Source: Dehalococcoidia bacterium (GTDB lineage Bacteria; Chloroflexota; Dehalococcoidia; Bin125). Taken from it: a DNA stretch of 64,000 nt. Every line of letters begins with the position of its first letter. Positions within the stretch are counted from its first letter, which is position 1. Under the pieces are notes generated by a model. That model saw nothing but the letters and a program-made list of their open reading frames with translations. It was not told the DNA's origin and did no database searches. Below are positions 9,433 to 19,457 of this stretch, in pieces. Both the position numbers and the translations under genes were made by a program. The stretch spans positions 70,695-134,694 of the forward strand of contig JAJEBU010000055.1 of NCBI GenBank assembly GCA_022822375.1. Direction: 5' to 3'.

Positions 9433-9474
9433 CGTCATCCCAGACAAGCTGGAGTGACGGCGATGGGGACGACG
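9433..9474. repeat. short copy of an intergenic palindromic repeat (shares GTCATCCCAG and CAAGCTGGAGTGACG with 38204-38300)
   Basis: CGTCATCCCAG-A-CAAGCTGGAGTGACG-GCGA-TGGGGACGACG. The flanking arms are imperfect inverted repeats. The 10-mer and 15-mer are identical to the 38.2 kb copy and in the same order and orientation. Confidence 0.6.
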
Positions 9475-9522
9475 CGCTGATCTCCAAGGCGACTTGGTCG
9501 TTCGACATTCCGTGCGGAATCG

Positions 9523-10191
9523 TTGCCGCGTCGCGGCTCGGCTGCGCTAGAGTCGAATCATCGGCTGGTCTCCGCCGATGGGAGCGCGCGGGCGGGCGCG
9601 GATCGGGAGCACATCATCGATATCCTCGAACTGATTGACCAGATAGAAGCAGCGGTGCTGTCCGGTCGGCGCAGCCGATTCGGGTCAGGCTGGACCGTCG
9701 ACCGTGAGCAGCTGTTGGACCTGATCGACCGACTGCGCATGGCAGCGCCGGCGACGTCGGCGGAGGTGCAGCAGCTGGTGGACGAGCGCGAGCGGCTGCT
9801 TCGCCAGAGCCAGGAAGAGGCCGCGATCCTCGCTGAGCAAGCGCGCCGCGATGCCGAGCAGCAAGTCTCGGTGCACGAGGTTGTCCAGCAGGCCGAGGCG
9901 CGCGCCCAGCATATTCTGGATCAGGCGCATCAAGCAGCCACGGAAACGACGTCGCGAGCGAACCAGGAGGCCGCCGCTGCGCTCGGACAGGCGACGGCCG
10001 AAGCGGTCTCGCAGGCGCTGGAGGCGGACCGTTACTCGCTCGAGATGCTGCGCCGATTGTCCGATCAGCTGCGCTCGATGCACACCTCAGTGGCGTCCGC
10101 CGTGGACCAGCTCGAAGTCAAGGTCGAACAGGGCGAGCAGGCGCAAGCGGTCGACGAACGCGACGAAGCCGCCCGACGGGCGCTCAGCTAA
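9523..10191 (+). CDS. hypothetical coiled-coil protein
   Basis: 222-aa ORF, TTG start (no in-frame ATG nearby). Long Glu/Gln/Ala/Arg-rich heptad-like sequence. No motif recognised. Confidence 0.5.
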   Translation: MPRRGSAALESNHRLVSADGSARAGADREHIIDILELIDQIEAAVLSGRRSRFGSGWTVDREQLLDLIDRLRMAAPATSAEVQQLVDERERLLRQSQEEAAILAEQARRDAEQQVSVHEVVQQAEARAQHILDQAHQAATETTSRANQEAAAALGQATAEAVSQALEADRYSLEMLRRLSDQLRSMHTSVASAVDQLEVKVEQGEQAQAVDERDEAARRALS

Positions 10192-10246
10192 TCGATGCGA
10201 TCGATGTCTGAGCGCCCGCCAGCGTTGAGACCAAACTCAGACCTGG

Positions 10247-11293
10247 CTAGTCGGCGGTGACCAGCTGCGGTTGCGGCGCGAGCGGATTGCCGACCGCCTC
10301 GCCAATCTTCTCCAGCGAGCGCATCATGCTGTCGAAGTTCTCGAGTGTCAGCGACTGTCCGCCGTCCGAGAGCGCGTGATCGGGGTTGGGGTGCACCTCG
10401 ATCATCAGGCCGTCAGCGCCGACCGCCATCGATGCGCGAGCCATCGGCTCGACCAGGTACCAGTGGCCGGTGCCGTGGGCCGGGTCGCTGATGATCGGCA
10501 AATGGCTCAGCCGCTTGACGACGGGGATCGCCGACAGGTCGAGCGTGTTGCGCGTTGCTGTCTCGTACGTGCGGATTCCGCGCTCGCACAGGATGACGTC
10601 GCGGTTGCCCTTGGCCATGATGTACTCGGCAGCGAGCAGCCACTCGTCGATCGTGGCGGACAGCCCGCGCTTGAGCATGACCGGCTTGTGCGCCATGCCG
10701 ACCTCGTCGAGCAGCATGAAGTTCTGCATGTTGCGCGTGCCGATCTGGAGGATGTCGGCGTAGCGCGCGACCAGTTCGACGTCGCGGGAGTCCATCACCT
10801 CGGTGATCACGGGCAGGCCGGTCTCCTCACGCGCGGTGGCGAGGTGTTGGAGTCCCTCTTCTCCCAGTCCGCGGAAGGCGTACGGCGAGGTGCGCGGCTT
10901 GAATGCGCCGCCACGCAGAATCTGCGCGCCCGAGGCCTTGACCGCCTTGGCCGTCGAGACCATGTGGTCCTCGTTCTCGATCGAACACGGACCGGCCATC
11001 ACGACCATGTGGCCGTCGCCGATCTTGACGCCGCCGACTTCGATCACCGTGTCGGCCTCCTGGAACTCCCGGCCGGTCAGCTTGTAGGGGCGGGAGATCG
11101 CGATGACGTCTTCGACGCCGCTCATGCGGCTCATCTGGGCGCGGATGTCGGGGTCGATGATGACGCCGACGGCGCCGATCACGACGCGCTCCTCGCCGGG
11201 CGACAGGTGTCCCTCGAGGTTCGCTTCCTTGAGCCGCGCCAGGACGCCGCGAACCTCTTCGTCGCTCGCGCCCATCTTCATTACAATCAGCAT
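10247..11293 (-). CDS. aroF: 3-deoxy-7-phosphoheptulonate (DAHP) synthase, type I-beta with N-terminal ACT/ferredoxin-like regulatory domain
   Basis: Track ORF 10247..11437 trimmed to the ATG at 11293 ([13 protein letters not shown]...), preceded by GAAGGAA. Core motifs MAGPCSIE and [13 protein letters not shown]. Confidence 0.9.
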   Translation of the reverse strand: MLIVMKMGASDEEVRGVLARLKEANLEGHLSPGEERVVIGAVGVIIDPDIRAQMSRMSGVEDVIAISRPYKLTGREFQEADTVIEVGGVKIGDGHMVVMAGPCSIENEDHMVSTAKAVKASGAQILRGGAFKPRTSPYAFRGLGEEGLQHLATAREETGLPVITEVMDSRDVELVARYADILQIGTRNMQNFMLLDEVGMAHKPVMLKRGLSATIDEWLLAAEYIMAKGNRDVILCERGIRTYETATRNTLDLSAIPVVKRLSHLPIISDPAHGTGHWYLVEPMARASMAVGADGLMIEVHPNPDHALSDGGQSLTLENFDSMMRSLEKIGEAVGNPLAPQPQLVTAD

Positions 11294-11369
11294 GTCGGTT
11301 CCTTCTCGCTCGTGTGCGGTTCTACTCAGAGTTTGATGTGCGTCGTTTCGGCGCGTCCGCAGCGGGACG

Positions 11370-11774
11370 TTAACCCTCTGTGATTTCTGCCAAGTCTGTT
11401 CGCAGGACCCGTGCGCCGCGCAAGTAGACGTGCTCAACCTGGTCCTGGCGCAGCGTCGTATTGACGTGCAACAGAATCCTCAGGCAGGACGGCAGCGAGC
11501 CCGGCACTTGCATCTCGTGCCCGCACATCAATGCAGCGTGCGACCACTTGTAGGTCAGGCGAGCCGCGACGGCTGGAAACTCAGCGTTGAGGTCAGGCGT
11601 CGTGGTGAACCAGGCGGAGGCCACTTCCTGCGAGTCGATGTCGTTGCGCACGATCATCTCGCCCAACAACTCTTCGGTTGCGGCGATGATGTCTTCACGG
11701 GCATTGTGTTCGACCGTGGTGGCGCCACGAATGCCTCGCAGGCGCCAGACTGGATCGGCAGTGTGATTGGCCAT
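11370..11774 (-). CDS. aroH: chorismate mutase, monofunctional AroH class
   Basis: 134-aa ORF. N-terminal [10 protein letters not shown], characteristic of AroH-type mutases. Confidence 0.85.
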   Translation of the reverse strand: MANHTADPVWRLRGIRGATTVEHNAREDIIAATEELLGEMIVRNDIDSQEVASAWFTTTPDLNAEFPAVAARLTYKWSHAALMCGHEMQVPGSLPSCLRILLHVNTTLRQDQVEHVYLRGARVLRTDLAEITEG

Positions 11775-11952
11775 CGCCAGGTGCTCGGTGGTTCTCGTCT
11801 GGTGGCTTGGGAACAGTGGGTAGGGCGATGCGGCTGATTGTGAGTCAACCGATCGCGCTGAGACGCGAGCTAGCGACCGGCGTCAAAGATGCCGGCCGCG
11901 GAGGTATAGACGCAGCGGTCAGGCAGCAGCGTGCGGGTGCGGCTGACAGTGC

Positions 11953-12861
11953 TCATGCGCTCGTCTCTTCGCTCCGGCGGCCAGTGACCACCTCGAGATA
12001 TTGCTCGACCGCCGCGACACAACCGTCGGCAGGCGCCGACGCGATCGTGTTGGTCAGCGCTGAGCCGATGATAGCAGCAGGAACCAGTTTGCCCACCTCG
12101 ACAACGTGTTGACGGCGACTGATCCCGAATCCGACCGCCAACGGGGTGTCAGTCAGCGCTCGAACGCGACCGACGAATTGCTCGAAGTCGGCCGCCACCT
12201 GCTCTCGGGCGCCCGTCACGCCGGTCAGCGAGACGAGGTAGATGAAGCCCGTCGCCTTCTCCGCGACCGTGGCGATGCGCTGCGGCGTGGAGGTCGGCGC
12301 TAACAGGTAGATCAGCGAGATGCCGTGCTCCGCCAGCACCTCCCGCGCCGCGTCCGATTCCTCGACCGGCAGGTCGACGATGATCATGCCGTCCACGCCA
12401 GCATCCGCAGCCATGCGAGCGAGCGGCGCGAGCGGTTCGCCGACGGCGGCGCCGGGCAGATCGTCGGAGGCCTGATCGGTTGCGCCGGCGGCCAGGAAGG
12501 GATTCAGGTAGCCCATCAGCGTGAGCGGCGCGTCGGGCGCAGATTCGCGTGCCGCGCGGACGGCGTCGAGCGCCGTGTCCAGACTCGCGCCGGCGGCGAG
12601 CGCCTGCGTGTACGCCGTCTGGTGAACGGGTCCGTCCGCGATCGGGTCGGAGAATGGAACGCCGATCTCCAGGCCGGCCGCACCGCCGCGCAACGCGGCG
12701 CGAATCAACTCGGGCGTCTCTTCAGGCGTCGGGAAGCCGGCAGTCAGGAATGGAAAGACGAGCGTGTCTCCGCCTGACTCGGCGGCGGCGAACGCCTGTC
12801 GATAGCGCGCGCCGAGCGTCGCGCCTGCATTGGGTCCGCGGTCTGATCCTGTGTGCGTCAT
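11953..12861 (-). CDS. trpA: tryptophan synthase alpha chain
   Basis: Track ORF 11953..13644 trimmed to the ATG at 12861 (MTHTGS...). The upstream part overlaps the CPBP gene in another frame. Motifs FLTAGFP and LEIGVPFSDPIADGP. Confidence 0.9.
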   Translation of the reverse strand: MTHTGSDRGPNAGATLGARYRQAFAAAESGGDTLVFPFLTAGFPTPEETPELIRAALRGGAAGLEIGVPFSDPIADGPVHQTAYTQALAAGASLDTALDAVRAARESAPDAPLTLMGYLNPFLAAGATDQASDDLPGAAVGEPLAPLARMAADAGVDGMIIVDLPVEESDAAREVLAEHGISLIYLLAPTSTPQRIATVAEKATGFIYLVSLTGVTGAREQVAADFEQFVGRVRALTDTPLAVGFGISRRQHVVEVGKLVPAAIIGSALTNTIASAPADGCVAAVEQYLEVVTGRRSEETSA

Positions 12862-12878
12862 CGTGTTCGCTGTCTCTA

Positions 12879-13589
12879 TCAGAGCTGTTGTACCAGCGTC
12901 GCTGAATACCCGATCAGGTTGAAGCCCACATGCGTCATTGACGCCGCGGTGAGCGATCCTGTGCGCAAGTAGACCAGACCCAGGATGACGCCCGCCAGCG
13001 CAAACGGAATGAGGCTGCCCAGGTCTGCGTGCAGCGCCGAGAAGACGGACGCCGAAACGACGAATGCTGGAATCAGTCCCCAATGCGCGTTCAGTCCGCC
13101 CAGCACGAAGCCGCGCGAGAAGGCTTCCTCGTAGATCGGCGCGAGGCACACGACCAACACGCCCAGTGCGATCATCACGGACGTGTGCACGAAGAGCCGG
13201 TCGTCGTCGATCGTTGATTCTGGGATCAACGACTCCCAGCCCAGGGCAGTGACGATGGCGGTATAGACATACAGGGCCACGTAGATGGCGCCGAGACCGA
13301 GCAGCGCCGTCCCGAAATCGGAGCGTTGCGGGCGACGCCAGGAGATCAGCTGCGATTGCCCGCGCCGTCTCAGGATCAGACGCGGGATCAACAGCCATCC
13401 CACCAGACCGGCGGCGGCCTGTCCAGCGACCACGATCAGTAGGCCCAATTCGCTCTCGGCTTCGCCGCCGTCGATCTCTGAGACGATGACCGTTGCGAGC
13501 AGCACAATCGCCAGCCAGGCAACGGTGCAGACCAATCCCCAGCCGACCAGCCGAAACCCGGCCATGCCGTGATCCTGCGGATCGGCCAT
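12879..13589 (-). CDS. CPBP-family (Rce1/Abi-like) intramembrane metalloprotease
   Basis: 236-aa polytopic ORF. EEAFSRGF (EExxxR), FSALH (FxxxH), HVGFN (HxxxN). Its ATG shares one base with the trpB stop. Confidence 0.8.
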   Translation of the reverse strand: MADPQDHGMAGFRLVGWGLVCTVAWLAIVLLATVIVSEIDGGEAESELGLLIVVAGQAAAGLVGWLLIPRLILRRRGQSQLISWRRPQRSDFGTALLGLGAIYVALYVYTAIVTALGWESLIPESTIDDDRLFVHTSVMIALGVLVVCLAPIYEEAFSRGFVLGGLNAHWGLIPAFVVSASVFSALHADLGSLIPFALAGVILGLVYLRTGSLTAASMTHVGFNLIGYSATLVQQL

Positions 13590-14791
13590 CAGCCGCCTCG
13601 CTGTGCGAGCGCGTCGCGGACGATCTCCACGTCCTTGTCTCCACGGCCGGAGAGTCCGATCAGGATGTGCTGGTCCTGGCTCATCGCCGGCGCGACCTTG
13701 GCGGCATATGCGATGGCGTGAGCGGTCTCCAACGCGGGGATGATGCCTTCGGTTTCGGACAGCAGCTTGAGGCCGTCCAGCGCCTCATCGTCGGTGATCG
13801 ATACGTACTCGGCGCGCTCAGTCTGCATCAGCCAGGCATGCTCAGGTCCCACGCCGGGGTAGTCGAGGCCGGCCGAGATCGAGTGCGCCTCGGTAATCTG
13901 GCCGTCGTCGTTCTGCAGGACATACGTGCGCGTCCCGTGCAGGACGCCCGGCGATCCGCCAGTCAACGTGGCGGCGTGACGCGCGTTGAGTCCTTCGCCC
14001 GCCGCCTCGACGCCGATCAGCCGCACGGGATCGTCGACGAGCGGGTGAAACAGGCCGATGGCGTTTGATCCGCCGCCGACACAGGCAATCGCGGCATCCG
14101 GCAAGCGTCCGATCTGCTCCACCATCTGGTCTCGCGCTTCGCGTCCGATGCAGGACTGCAGCTCGCGCACGATCATCGGATATGGGTGCGGACCAATCGC
14201 GCTGCCGATCAGGTAATGCGTGGTTCGGACATTGGTGACCCAGTCGCGAATGGCCTCGTTGATCGCATCCTTCAGCGTCCTCGCGCCGGACTCGACCGGC
14301 ACGACTTCCGCGCCGAGCAGGTTCATACGGAAGACGTTGAGCGCCTGGCGGCGGACGTCCTCCGCGCCCATGTAGACGATGCACTCGATGCCAAAGCGGG
14401 CGCAGGCGGTGGCCGTCGCGACGCCGTGTTGTCCAGCGCCGGTCTCGGCGATGATGCGCGGTTTGTCCATGCGTCGGGCCAGCAGCACCTGGCCGATGGC
14501 GTTGTTGATCTTGTGCGCTCCGGTGTGTGCCAAATCCTCGCGCTTCAGCCAGATCTGCGCACCGCCCAGCCGCTCCGAGAGTCGCGGGGCCAGGGTCAGC
14601 GGCGTCTCACGACCAACGTAGTCGCGCAGCAACGCGTCCAGTTCGGCGCGAAAGACAGGATCGGTCTGCGCGGCCTCCCACGCATCTTCCAACTCCGACA
14701 GGGCGGGCATCAGCGTCTCGGGCGCGAACTGCCCGCCGAACGGTCCGAACGCTCCGCTTTCCCGCACACCTCTGACACCTGCAGTCGACAT
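13589..14791 (-). CDS. trpB: tryptophan synthase beta chain
   Basis: Track ORF 13589..15283 trimmed to the ATG at 14791 (MSTAGV...). [17 protein letters not shown] (PLP lysine), GGGSNA. Confidence 0.95.
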   Translation of the reverse strand: MSTAGVRGVRESGAFGPFGGQFAPETLMPALSELEDAWEAAQTDPVFRAELDALLRDYVGRETPLTLAPRLSERLGGAQIWLKREDLAHTGAHKINNAIGQVLLARRMDKPRIIAETGAGQHGVATATACARFGIECIVYMGAEDVRRQALNVFRMNLLGAEVVPVESGARTLKDAINEAIRDWVTNVRTTHYLIGSAIGPHPYPMIVRELQSCIGREARDQMVEQIGRLPDAAIACVGGGSNAIGLFHPLVDDPVRLIGVEAAGEGLNARHAATLTGGSPGVLHGTRTYVLQNDDGQITEAHSISAGLDYPGVGPEHAWLMQTERAEYVSITDDEALDGLKLLSETEGIIPALETAHAIAYAAKVAPAMSQDQHILIGLSGRGDKDVEIVRDALAQRGG

Positions 14792-14792
14792 T

Positions 14793-15470
14793 TCAATCGC
14801 CACCCTTCGCAGCCCGAACAAATGCAGCAATCTTGGCGCGGTCCTTGACGCCGTCAGTCTCGACGCCTGACGACACATCGACGGCCCACGGGCGGACTTG
14901 TTGGATTGCATCGGCGACGTTGTTGGGGTTGAGTCCGCCTGCCAACACGATCTGCCGCCGCTCGGCAACACTCGCGGCGACCGACCAATCAACAGCCTGA
15001 CCGGTCCCGCCGCCTTGTCTGGATTTGGCATCGAGCATCGCGACGGCGCGCGGCGCACGATCAATCTCGCGCAGCACAGCCGACTCGTCCATGCCGTCCG
15101 ACACATGTACCGCCCGCACGACGGCGCGGCGGATGCGATTGGCCAAGGCTGGATGCTCGCCGCCGCTGAGCTGGACGATGTCAAGATCGACCTGGTCGAG
15201 CACGCGGTCAATCTCGTCCACTGACTGTCTGGCAAAGACTCCGACGAGCAGTGGCTGGCCAGCAGCAGCCCGTTCTCGGGCAAAGGTGTCTGTGGAGGCT
15301 TCAGCGAGCTCGACGCGCGGTCCGAGTTCTCGGCGGACCTGACGTGCGGCGCTGATCTCGATACGGCGCGGGGCGTCGGCGAAGATCATGCCGACGGCGT
15401 CGGCGCCGGACTCGCGCGCCCAGACGGCGTGCTCCACAGCTCGAACGGAGCAAATCTTGACGAGGGTCAT
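14793..15470 (-). CDS. trpF: phosphoribosylanthranilate isomerase
   Basis: 225-aa [12 protein letters not shown]..., [17 protein letters not shown]. Confidence 0.9.
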   Translation of the reverse strand: MTLVKICSVRAVEHAVWARESGADAVGMIFADAPRRIEISAARQVRRELGPRVELAEASTDTFARERAAAGQPLLVGVFARQSVDEIDRVLDQVDLDIVQLSGGEHPALANRIRRAVVRAVHVSDGMDESAVLREIDRAPRAVAMLDAKSRQGGGTGQAVDWSVAASVAERRQIVLAGGLNPNNVADAIQQVRPWAVDVSSGVETDGVKDRAKIAAFVRAAKGGD

Positions 15471-16252
15471 CGTCCCAGCAGCTCTCGAGCTTTGGCGTGC
15501 GGGTCGGCGGCCGTCGACAACGCTTCGCCGATCAACACGGCGTCGACGCCGCAGTCTTCCATCCGCCTCATGTCTTCGCGCGAGCGCACTCCGCTCGCAG
15601 CAACGACGGCGATGGAGTCTGGGATCGAGGATCGCAGACGCTCTGTTGTGCTCAGGTCTTCCTCGAATGTGTGCAGATTGCGGTTGTTGATGCCGATCGC
15701 GACCGCGCCGGCCTCAAGCGCCATCGCCACCTCTTCCTCATCGGTGACCTCCACGAAGGCGGTGAGGCCGAACGGTTCGCCGGCCTCGCACAGCTCAGTG
15801 AGCGCACCACGATCGAGCGTTTTGGCGATCAGCAGATACGCATCCGCGCCGAGCGTTGCCGCTTCCGCGATCTGGTACGGGTCAACGTGGAACTCCTTGC
15901 GGAGCAGCGGAATGTCGGTATCGCGCAGGGCGGCCGCCGCGACGTCGAGATCGATGTCCGTTGCGAAAAACGACCGCGCGGTGAGGACGGAGACTGCGAC
16001 CGCGCCGATCTTGGAGTACGTGCGGGCCAAAGCCGCGGGATCGAGATTCGGCGCGAACTGCCCCTTCGAGGGCGAGCCGCGTTTGATTTCCGCGATCAGG
16101 CCAACGCCCGGCTGCCGCAAGGCGGCAACGAAGTCCTTCGCATCGGACGTCTCCATCGCCGCGTCAAACATCGTCTCGGGTGGAACCGCCAGCTTGCGCT
16201 CGGCGACATGCGCACGGGTTTCCGCGACGATCCGCTCCAGCACCGAGCTCAT
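15467..16252 (-). CDS. trpC: indole-3-glycerol phosphate synthase
   Basis: Track ORF trimmed to the ATG at 16252 ([11 protein letters not shown]), which forms an ATGA overlap with the trpD stop. IAEIKRGSPSKG and IGINNRNL. Confidence 0.9.
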   Translation of the reverse strand: MSSVLERIVAETRAHVAERKLAVPPETMFDAAMETSDAKDFVAALRQPGVGLIAEIKRGSPSKGQFAPNLDPAALARTYSKIGAVAVSVLTARSFFATDIDLDVAAAALRDTDIPLLRKEFHVDPYQIAEAATLGADAYLLIAKTLDRGALTELCEAGEPFGLTAFVEVTDEEEVAMALEAGAVAIGINNRNLHTFEEDLSTTERLRSSIPDSIAVVAASGVRSREDMRRMEDCGVDAVLIGEALSTAADPHAKARELLGR

Positions 16253-17335
16253 TGCGCGGCTCCGATCTCTCGAGACCGCTCGACGAACAGCTCGAGCTTG
16301 CGCAAGGCGCGTTGATCGTCGATGCACTCGGCGGCTCGGCTGACGCCTTCGGCGAACGTGGGGACTTCTTCCGCCGCGAACAGGCCGGCTGCGGCGTTGA
16401 GCGTGACGAAGCCCGTCAGGGCTGACGTGATGCCGCCGAGCACCTCGCGCATCATCTGCGCCGATGCCTCAGCGGTGCTGCCGCCTCGAACAGCCTCCAG
16501 CGGCACGGGTCGAATCTGGAAGTCGTCGGGGGAGACCGTGAACTCGCTCAGCGACCCATCATCGATCTGCCAGCAGGTAGTTGCTCCGCTCGGTGACACT
16601 TCGTCCAGACCCTCATGTCCGTGCACGACGAGGCCGCGTCGGACACCCAGCTTGCCCAACGCTTCAGCCATGATCGGACCAAGCTCAGGCCTGGCGACAC
16701 CGATCAACTGATGAGTCGCGCGCGCGGGATTGGTCAGTGGGCCGAGCACGTTGAAGACGGTGCGCACGCCGATCCGTCGGCGGATTGGGGCGACATGGCG
16801 CATGGCGGGATGGAATGCCTGCGCGAAGAGGAAGCCGAAGCCGACCTCGCGGATGACGCGTGCCGCTTGATCGGGCGCGAGCGCGATGGTCGCGCCCAGC
16901 GCCTCGAGCACGTCTGCGCTGCCGACGGATGAGGACATGGCGCGGTTGCCGTGCTTGGCGACGGGCACGCCACAGCCGGCGAGCACGAAGCCAGCCGCGG
17001 TCGACGCGTTGAACGTGTGCTTGCCCGATCCGCCTGTGCCCGCGGTGTCGGCCAGACGCGGCAGATCGCTCAGGTCCACCGTGAGGGCATGCTGCCGCAT
17101 TGCGCGAGCGAGCCCGACGATCTCGTCGACCGTCTCGCCGTTCATGCGCATGCCAGTCAGCAACGCGGCGGCCTGCACCTCGTCGGACTCGCCCGACATC
17201 AGCACGTCCATCGCCGCCGACGCTTCTGCGTCGGACAGGTGGCGCCGCTCGTCAATCACCGCTGCCAGCGCTGCCGCCATTGCTTCCGTCATGTCGCCGG
17301 CGGGCGCGGCGTGCTGCTCGTTGGCTCGCTCTGCC

Positions 17336-17343
<8 letters not shown>
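16249..17343 (-). CDS. trpD: anthranilate phosphoribosyltransferase
   Basis: Track ORF trimmed to the ATG at 17343 (8-nt overlap with trpG). [17 protein letters not shown] and KHGNRA. Confidence 0.9.
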
Positions 17344-17933
<590 letters not shown>

Positions 17934-17944
<11 letters not shown>

Positions 17945-18737
17945 CGGAGGCCTCCCGTTCTCTCAAGATGCGGGCGAGCGTGCGGTAGCCCTCGACCGCG
18001 CGGGGGAATCCGCAGTACGGCGCGGCTGTGGCCATGACGCCCATCAGCTCAGGCTCCGTGACGCCGTGATTGAGCGCGCCGGGGATGTGGAACTGCAGCT
18101 CGTCTGGCTTGTTCAGCGCGACGAGGATGGATACAACCACCAACGAGCGGTCGCGGCGCGACAGCTGGGATCGCGCCCACAGGTCGCCGAAGGCGAACTC
18201 AAACGCGAGCGTGCCCACCGGTCCGATCCGTTCCATGCCGGCGAGCGCCTCGGCAGGATCCTGCGCAACATCTGCGCCGTTGAGCGTCCGCATCACATCG
18301 GCAGCGTCGAGGTGGCGTTGTTCGTCGTCCTTGTACTCCGCGGGTGGAATGACATACGGCTCGCCGTCGGTCTGGCTCCAGGCCTCGACGAGGACGTTGA
18401 TCATTTCGTTGCCGGCGGGAAAGCCTGAGTAGCCGGCGATCTGCAGGGCGATCTCAGTCATCTCATCGCGGCTGACGCCGTTGGCTGGTCCGAAGCTGGC
18501 GTGGAAGCGAACGGCCTGCAGGCGCTCGAGCGCGCCGAGCATGGCCAGCGCGACGATGGTGCGATCGCGCCGCGAGAGCTCGTCTCCCTGCCAAACCTGA
18601 CCGAAGATGTAGTCCACCACGTAGCTGCCGAAGGCGCCGGTGCGCTGCTCAGCGTTGGCTGCAAAGCCAGGCCCGGCGCCAGTCATTTCGGCGAGCAGAT
18701 CGGTGCCGGCTTGCCGTCGTTCTGCGTGTGTTGCCAT
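17934..18737 (-). CDS. carboxymuconolactone decarboxylase (CMD/AhpD-like) family protein, two tandem CMD domains
   Basis: 267-aa ORF with an internal duplication: [26 protein letters not shown]...[21 protein letters not shown] and [26 protein letters not shown]...[21 protein letters not shown]. 11-nt overlap with the trpG start. Confidence 0.8.
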
Positions 18738-18778
18738 CTCATCGCCTCATTTCGCGTGATTCAGTGTTGGCGCGCATT

Positions 18779-19447
18779 CTAGGCAGGCTCCCGACTGACG
18801 CTCGCAGGTCGAGCGATCTCTATCGCTTGTTCCAACTCAGACAATGACCAGCCGTGATTGCGTGCGGCTTGCAGATCAAGGTCGAGGTTGGCATCCAGAT
18901 CCGCAGCCGCGTTCACCGCCAGACGAAGCAGCGCCTCGACGTTTGCCGCCAAGCTCGGTTGCGCAGGCAGCGGCGACGTTGACTCAGCGAAGAGATCGTC
19001 GAGGCCGCTGTCGTCCTCGAAGGTCCAACCGGTATTGAGCCGTTCCAGAATCACCGCGAGCAGCTCCGCCTGCTGATCGGGCAACACGGCGATCGCTTCT
19101 GAAACCGTCCACCACTGGATCGCGTCGAACGGATTGGACTCGTCGTCGGGCTCGCCGTCGAGCGCTGACTCGACCGTGACCATGTAGCCGTTGTGGACGC
19201 AGTGGCGTTCAGAGGCCGGCTCACTGCCCGTGACCGTATGGGCATAGGCGGCTCGCACCTGCTGGCGGAGCAGATGCTCGAACAGTCGCGGCACGGTGTC
19301 GTCCGGTTCCTCCGACAACGGGGTGACGTCGCCTGGCAGCCACCACTGGCCGGGCCAGAGCGGGTCGTGGGATCGCCTGCGCAGGAGCATGACGCGGCCG
19401 GCGTCGTCCAGAGCGATGCCGTAGCCGATGATCAGCGACTCGGCCAT
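18779..19447 (-). CDS. Nudix-fold-like protein with degenerate Nudix box and helical C-terminal extension
   Basis: 222-aa ORF. LLRRRSHDPLWPGQWWLPGDVTPLSEEPDDTVPRLFEHLL resembles the Nudix box Gx5Ex7REUxEExGU, but RLFEHL replaces REUxEE. By-eye assignment. Confidence 0.55.
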   Translation of the reverse strand: MAESLIIGYGIALDDAGRVMLLRRRSHDPLWPGQWWLPGDVTPLSEEPDDTVPRLFEHLLRQQVRAAYAHTVTGSEPASERHCVHNGYMVTVESALDGEPDDESNPFDAIQWWTVSEAIAVLPDQQAELLAVILERLNTGWTFEDDSGLDDLFAESTSPLPAQPSLAANVEALLRLAVNAAADLDANLDLDLQAARNHGWSLSELEQAIEIARPASVSREPA

Positions 19448-19457
19448 GATCAGCCCT

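Noticed and set aside
12862-15283. Over-long trpA (11953..13644) and trpB (13589..15283) track ORFs
   Set aside because: Their upstream portions overlap the CPBP and trpF genes in other frames and show no homology. Internal ATGs at 12861 and 14791 give normal-length TrpA (302 aa) and TrpB (400 aa).
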